Shown here: positions 58,641 through 64,000 of the stretch, one piece after another | How positions within the stretch are numbered: the stretch's first letter is position 1 | How the letters are laid out: every line of letters begins with the position of its first letter | DNA from: Dudresnaya verticillata | Lineage: Eukaryota | Length of the DNA: 64,000 nucleotides | Reading direction: 5' to 3' | Assembly: GCA_977862235.1 (NCBI GenBank) | Contig: OZ374558.1 | Coordinates: 2,294,001-2,358,000 of the forward strand | Notes under the pieces: generated by a model | The model's database searches: none | What the model was told of the DNA's origin: nothing | Seen by the model: the letters and a program-made list of their open reading frames with translations, nothing else | Translations under genes and position numbers: made by a program

Positions 58641-60576
58641 GTTGGAGTTCCAGCTTGTCCAGTGTAGAGGGATGTAGAGCCCTGAGAACTAGTTTATTTG
58701 TGACAAAAGGACCCGAGTACTTTGCTTAGGTGTTGCCCGGGCGCCCTGAGGCGCCATGCGATAGCAGAGGTAAGAAATTTGTCAACTAACGGCAAGGGAG
58801 CAGACTTGAAGGCCCAGTAAGTAAACAGGGAATGGGAAGGGTGGGAAAAGTAAAGCACCCGCGGGTACGAAACGAGGAGCAGTCGTATTAGCGCGCGCTG
58901 AGGTTGAGTAAAGGCTTTGGTTTTTGCGGATTGACGGAGTTCCAGCGCGTGGGTGACGGCCTTCTAGATAAGTCGGCGAAGAGTGTGCCGTTGACGACCG
59001 TAGTGGTGAGAGACCTTGTTCGTCTCGAACTGTAGGCTGCATTAAGTGTCGACGCTTACGTGTGCACTCCCGGGAGTATTGTGATGAAGCATTTCATCCA
59101 CATATCACAGCAAGACAGCTGCCCTCTCGTGCTGACACCGCGACACAAAGGACCTGCTACCGCACGTTCGAGGTGGCAATCCGCCGCCACACGTGACAGC
59201 AGAGAGACAGTTCCGGTCTTCTATCCGCCACCATTTCCATCCTCGTGTTCCTTTCCTTAATGACAACGTCGCTTCCCTTTATCCCAAACAAAGTAGCTTC
59301 CGAGTCCCTGGAATAGCCAAAATGGAAGGAGTCGGCAATTCGACATGGCTTCTTTTTCACAACGGTTGGATATGGCTATGCTACTCGGGAATATAGTCAC
59401 TAAAATGGGAGAACGGCACAAAACAATGCGCTGTGGGTGCTATAGCGCTGAGACTAAAAGCTTATTGCTTTTGCGTCAAAATGCCGTAATATAGATACGA
59501 CGTGGAGGCGCTCTGCAACTGCGGGAATAAATCCATGTACTGGAAAATATGGCCATGATGTCCACCATGGGAAACTTGTTGCCATAAAAGAAAATGTTTG
59601 ATATCCCTCATCATAGAACAAACGGCTCCAGCTACCCTTATCGTTTTGGTGAGATAGCAGTTGGCCAAAAAATCTCTTTAAGGACACAGTTAAGAAAGGA
59701 TTACGATACAGAATTTACGTATTAGTACAACACTCCTATTTCACGTGCAGCTATATGCGAACTTCATTTTATGGACAGTATCCTCGACTACCTCACCTGG
59801 AAGTGAGCAAGCTAGCAGACAAAGCTGAGAACCGAACTGGTTGGAACGTGTTTCGCCCTAAGAAGAGGCGTAGAAGCAGCGTTCAAGGATTGGTCTTGCT
59901 TGGGAAACGGGAGCGGTTGTTAACGGCGTACCCGATACCGGGAATTCCTCTTGAGAGATCTGTATCAATAGTCATTCATTAGCCGCTCTAATATTCTTGC
60001 GCAGTGTGCACTTCCAGGCTGGCGCTGAGAATCGCAGGCCATATCCTACTTTGGTGCCTATTTCAGCGGGGGGTACTTTTCGAGATTTCTTCTTTTGGTC
60101 GATGCTGAAGTCCGAATACAGTCGCGACAACAACAGTAGCCCAATGTTCGTGCAGAAAAACGGATATTTTTATGATAGTCCTCTGTGCACCGTGGATGTC
60201 CCTAGAGGCTAACGAATCGGTAGCCCAAAGTGCGTGCAGAAAAATGGGTTTTTTTATACGTCCTCGACAGCATCAATACCGTCGATTTCCCAAAACCACA
60301 ATCGCACTTTTCTCTTATCAGATGGGAGGGGCTCTACCAAGCACCGCGAAGAAAATTATTTCAACAGTTCGGTGTTCGTCGGGGAATTCGGTCGAGCAAC
60401 CTGCCCGACAACTTTTCGTGCTGCAAGTGAACCACTGGACTTCCTTTAGCAGTTGTACCCCCATTCCCCTAGCCCTGAGCGTCGATTCATCTCCATACCT
60501 CCGCCCTGCTGCTCTCCTCTTGGGTAGCCTCCGCCTCCTCTCTCTCGCTCCGGTGCCGCTCAGAATGCCCGATACC

Positions 60577-61086
60577 ATGGGCAATTCACAATCGGGTACC
60601 GCATCGCCAAAGCCCTCACTGAAATGGGTCAACGGAAACCCGCAAGTTCGTAACCCGGATGCTGTAGTGTGTGGCTACAAGTGGATGGAAAAGACTGTCT
60701 TGTATCGTGATGTTGCTCGCGCGTTTATCCGTGGGACGTACTGCTTTGGGTACAAGGAAGAAGGCGCGGACTATGCTTTTGTTATGTCTCTGCTTGGAGC
60801 TATGAAAACTACGGAATACGAGGTCCTGATAAACGAGAGTGGGGTCGAACTGGATTGGATTTCCCCCGTAGAGGGCCGGCTACCGGATAACCCGGTTGCG
60901 ACATACACTGAGAAAAGCTTCGGAAAGAAGTTCTATCTTGCAAGGGTCTTATGCCCAGACAGTTGCGAGTTCTTCTCCGGCATTTCGATTCAAAAGAATT
61001 CTCTTTCTTACTACACATGCACCGAGAAGCGGGGGATCAGCATTGCTGGAGCTGGTCAGATTCTTTGCTATCAGAAGCTAGACTAA
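60577..61086 (+). CDS. DM9-repeat (DUF3421-like) protein, 169 aa, putative N-myristoylation
   Basis: Two units of the W...P.(D/N).V...Y.AR...(YEVL/QIL) pattern: LKWVNG...PDAVVCG...VARA...YEVL and LDWIS...LPDNPV...FYLARV...QILC. N-terminus MGNSQS. Alternative ATG at 60565. Confidence 0.7.
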   Translation: MGNSQSGTASPKPSLKWVNGNPQVRNPDAVVCGYKWMEKTVLYRDVARAFIRGTYCFGYKEEGADYAFVMSLLGAMKTTEYEVLINESGVELDWISPVEGRLPDNPVATYTEKSFGKKFYLARVLCPDSCEFFSGISIQKNSLSYYTCTEKRGISIAGAGQILCYQKLD

Positions 61087-61326
61087 TGCAATTATTCCCT
61101 ATCGTAAGTGTGCTCATTGGAACGTATAATGGAACTATCAGTGAAAAGGGATAGTATATCACTGAACAAGGAAGAAATTGTTGTAGCCGTTGTTGTTGCT
61201 TTTGTTGAACCGTACCACCTAGAGGACCCCCTCTTTGCCTGGGGCATTTCTTTAGGCTCGCGTGCGAAAGCCACGGTTATCGTGGGCGACTGTTACGGCT
61301 GTGGCGGCAATGGAAAAAAGACGTAA

Positions 61327-61685
61327 CGTCATTTGCGCATTCAAAGCTTGTAACACGCTGTAGAACCTGCCGTGGCCTGTGCAAACTTGCCGGGACGACG
61401 ACGGGATGACGACGGGACGACGACGGGACGACGACGGGACGACGATGGGACGACAACGGGACGACGACGGGACGACGACGGGACGACGACGGGACGACGA
61501 CGGGACGACGACGGGACGACGACGGGACGACGACGGAACCATGGAGCGAAGACGAAGGTACCATGGCGGTACCATGACGGGACAATGACGGGACAATGAC
61601 GGGACCACGACGGGACAATGACGGGACCACGACGGTACGGCGACGGTACCAGATACGCAAAGCGTTGATGTGCCACTGTATGCAA
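61327..61685. repeat. Dispersed repeat copy 1 with internal 11-bp minisatellite (GGGACGACGAC)n
   Basis: Unique flanks CGTCATTTGCGC...TGTGCAAACTT and ACCAGATAC...GATGTGCCACTGT are shared with 62781-63018. Confidence 0.9.
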
Positions 61686-61925
61686 ATTGCGTACTTTTAT
61701 CCTTCTTTGCGCAATGTCCGCTGTCCGCTGTGCTACAAACAGAAAAGTGGCCTTGCGCATGGCCTCTCGAAGCATTCTTGTCTTTGCACACCACGCCCAA
61801 ACAGCCCCTAGCACGACGAAGATTGAAGATTGATGGTGCTACAGCGTGGACAACCTTCTCCAAAAGGTCGTCTCAAAGCAAGATCCGGTCTGAAAGGCAA
61901 TCGCTCTCTGTTGTGAACAGTCTAT

Positions 61926-61974
61926 GTTTACGGTTTACGGTTTACGGTTTACGGTTTACTGTTTACGGTTTACG
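61926..61974. repeat. (GTTTACG)7 heptamer array
   Basis: Seven tandem units with one mismatch. Confidence 0.92.
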
Positions 61975-62689
61975 TCGTGGAAGATTTGAACTCGATGAAC
62001 GAACGAGGCCAAAACGTTTGATCCATCATTGGATGCTGTTGCCAATGTGCAGCATTCCCAAATTCAGTAACAGTCAGTAGCGACTGTGTTCACATATGGT
62101 TGTCACTTAACGTGTCATGCCAGCAACGGATTTGCGCATTGTTCGTACGCGTCGGGGGCGTCGGTAACCAGAAGGGGCTGCGATAGCGCTTGCTGCGAAG
62201 AGCACTGGTCAGGCGGCTCGCAACGGTACTATGCTTTCTCTGCTTTCTATGCCTTGACGGTAGTGTGATTGCGGCGCGATTGACTGGCGACGACTGGCGC
62301 AGTGCGTGGCGACTAAAATGGTGGCATTTCCGTAGCAACATGGCACAGGAGGAGGAGACCTTTATTACATGGCACAGCGACAGTCAGCGTCATGGATGAA
62401 CACATTCGCGTTGCACGCGTTGCTGCGAGCAAAGCTGCTCGTATTAGGTTGCCAACAGCAGTAGAAAATGGAAACGGATCCGTTCTACTTCCGTTTATCT
62501 GCGTTGAACAATTGTACACATATGGTAAACACGGCCTTCACAGTTCGACGAAGCGTGCAATTAGAGCTGTACGCATTGTTCGTGATGCGCAAAGCGATGA
62601 AAGCTCCGTTTGTGCAGGTTCTGTTACAGTCGCTCGATGCAACCAGCCAGCGGACGTAGAAATGTAATCGGACATGGCGATTAACGGTG

Positions 62690-62790
62690 CGCCGTCAGCT
62701 GCTGGCGTCGTCAGCTGCGTCGTCAGCTCTGCCATCAACTGCACCATTAGCTGCGCCGTCAGCTGTTCCATCAGCTGCGCCGTCATTTGC
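62690..62790. repeat. Degenerate 12-bp tandem repeat (TCAGCTGCGCCG-like)
   Basis: About 8 units running into dispersed repeat copy 2. Confidence 0.75.
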
Positions 62791-63018
62791 GCCTTGAATG
62801 CTTGTAACACGCTGTAGAGCCTTCCGTTTCCTGTGCAAACTTACCGGAGCGACGACGGAACGACGACGGGACGACGACGGGACGACGACGGGACGACGAC
62901 GGGACGACGAAGGTACCATGGCGGTACCATGACGGGACCATAACGGGACAATGACGGGAACACGACGGTACGGCGCCGGTACCAGATACTCAAAGCGTTG
63001 ATGTGCCACTGTGTGCAA
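62781..63018. repeat. Dispersed repeat copy 2 with shorter 11-bp minisatellite
   Basis: Direct repeat of 61327-61685 with fewer 11-mers. Confidence 0.9.
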
Positions 63019-63401
63019 GAACTGAAGCAATCCCGTAGTAACTTAGAAACCCCTTGCACCACCGGACTCGCAGCTGGCTTGCTTCCGGCTTTTCCAGAAT
63101 TGTCGGGCGTCCCGGCGAGCTCGTTGCCTCTTGTACGCGATCGCTCGCGCGCACTGCCACACCGATCCCTTCCGCGCCTTCGATGTATCCTCAGCGCTTC
63201 GCACTATGCATCTGAGCACCATGGATCCCAGAGTTCTGTCCCTTTGCGTACTGCGCCGGTTCCGCACTCTCGCAGAGAACTTTTCCGCAGCAGCGCCATC
63301 CTTCCCCTCCGTTGGTCCATGTGCCGGCCCTGGCAAAGCAGCTATGAAGAGATGGAGACCTTTATGCATAGGAAAGACTACAGCCCCGTAAGGGGGCTTA
63401 T

Positions 63402-64000
63402 CTAAAACTCATCTGAAAGGCGACGGTCGAAGAGTAAACGGCGGTTAACAGCCACCGCGACAGATTGAAGTACAAGAGAGGTGAGGTGGGTGAGAAGAGA
63501 TAGTTTCTCAGATATCGGCGAGGTGCCCTTCATAGCAGCTAAGAAATTCGCCACGCGCTGAGCGCCTCGATCGAACCCAGAACCAATGGCACCATAGATG
63601 TCCATCACCATAGGATGGAGTTCTATCCGGTTGGTAGAACATAAGCGACGATAATGACGGGCTTTAGCTTGCTCGCGGCGGTGAATAGCTTGATGTTGAG
63701 AGCGAGGCGTTTTGGACTGTGTAGTTGGATGGTGTGGGGTCACCACGGAGACGTCAAATGCTTGCGGGAGGGGAGCAAACGCAGGGTCATCAATATAGAG
63801 ATCCATACGAAGATGGTCACGTCGGTCTTCTTCGAAACGGTCTTCAGTACGTTGTAATTGACGGGCATCGCGACGCCTTTCTGAAGCAGTGCGTGCAGAA
63901 GACGCCATACCTCGGGAATCCCCAGTCTCCTCTAGGTAGGAAAAGTTGCGTTCAAGCTGAACAGTAACGCCATGGTTCCGAGCAGTATTACGAAAGAAAG
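63402..64000 (-). mobile_element. 3' coding end of another CRE-like LINE (RLE domain), probably continues off the right edge
   Basis: LRMDLYIDDPAF...FDVSVVTP...REQAKARHYR...HPMVMDIYG...AVNRR aligns by eye with the C-terminus of ORF 230-892. Confidence 0.8.

Noticed and set aside
61252..61863. ORFs with SSRRRPVVVP repeats
   Set aside because: Translations of the 11-bp minisatellite, which has no stop codon in any frame.

Overview
Eukaryotic, transposon-rich, intron-poor DNA. Short GT-AG introns with (T/G)CTAAC branch points suggest a red alga or similar compact eukaryote (inference only). The first ~29 kb is a set of nested mobile elements, several with resolvable target-site duplications (TSDs). 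A 12.8-kb chromodomain-bearing Ty3/Gypsy LTR element (5563-18396) has a -1 frameshift signal, a duplicated PPT and an extra 672-codon antisense ORF. It sits inside the gag of a degenerate DIRS-type tyrosine-recombinase retrotransposon with ~280-bp direct terminal repeats (2106-19229). That element in turn splits a decayed two-RRM, Arg/Ser-rich gene (21379 to ~950), whose far end abuts a CRE-like LINE tail (1-951). Next, a PIF/Harbinger transposon (21550-28874, 16-bp TIRs, TAA TSD) carries a full-length two-ORF CRE-like LINE (24558-28842). The remaining 35 kb holds host genes: an uncharacterised 3-TM family (two intact copies, one pseudogene), a secreted 12-repeat Cys-rich protein, a large C2H2 zinc-finger gene, a small spliced zinc-finger gene only partly visible in the ORF track, and a DM9-repeat protein. 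It also holds LINE relics, a long hairpin and several tandem repeats. All calls were made by eye, with no database searches.
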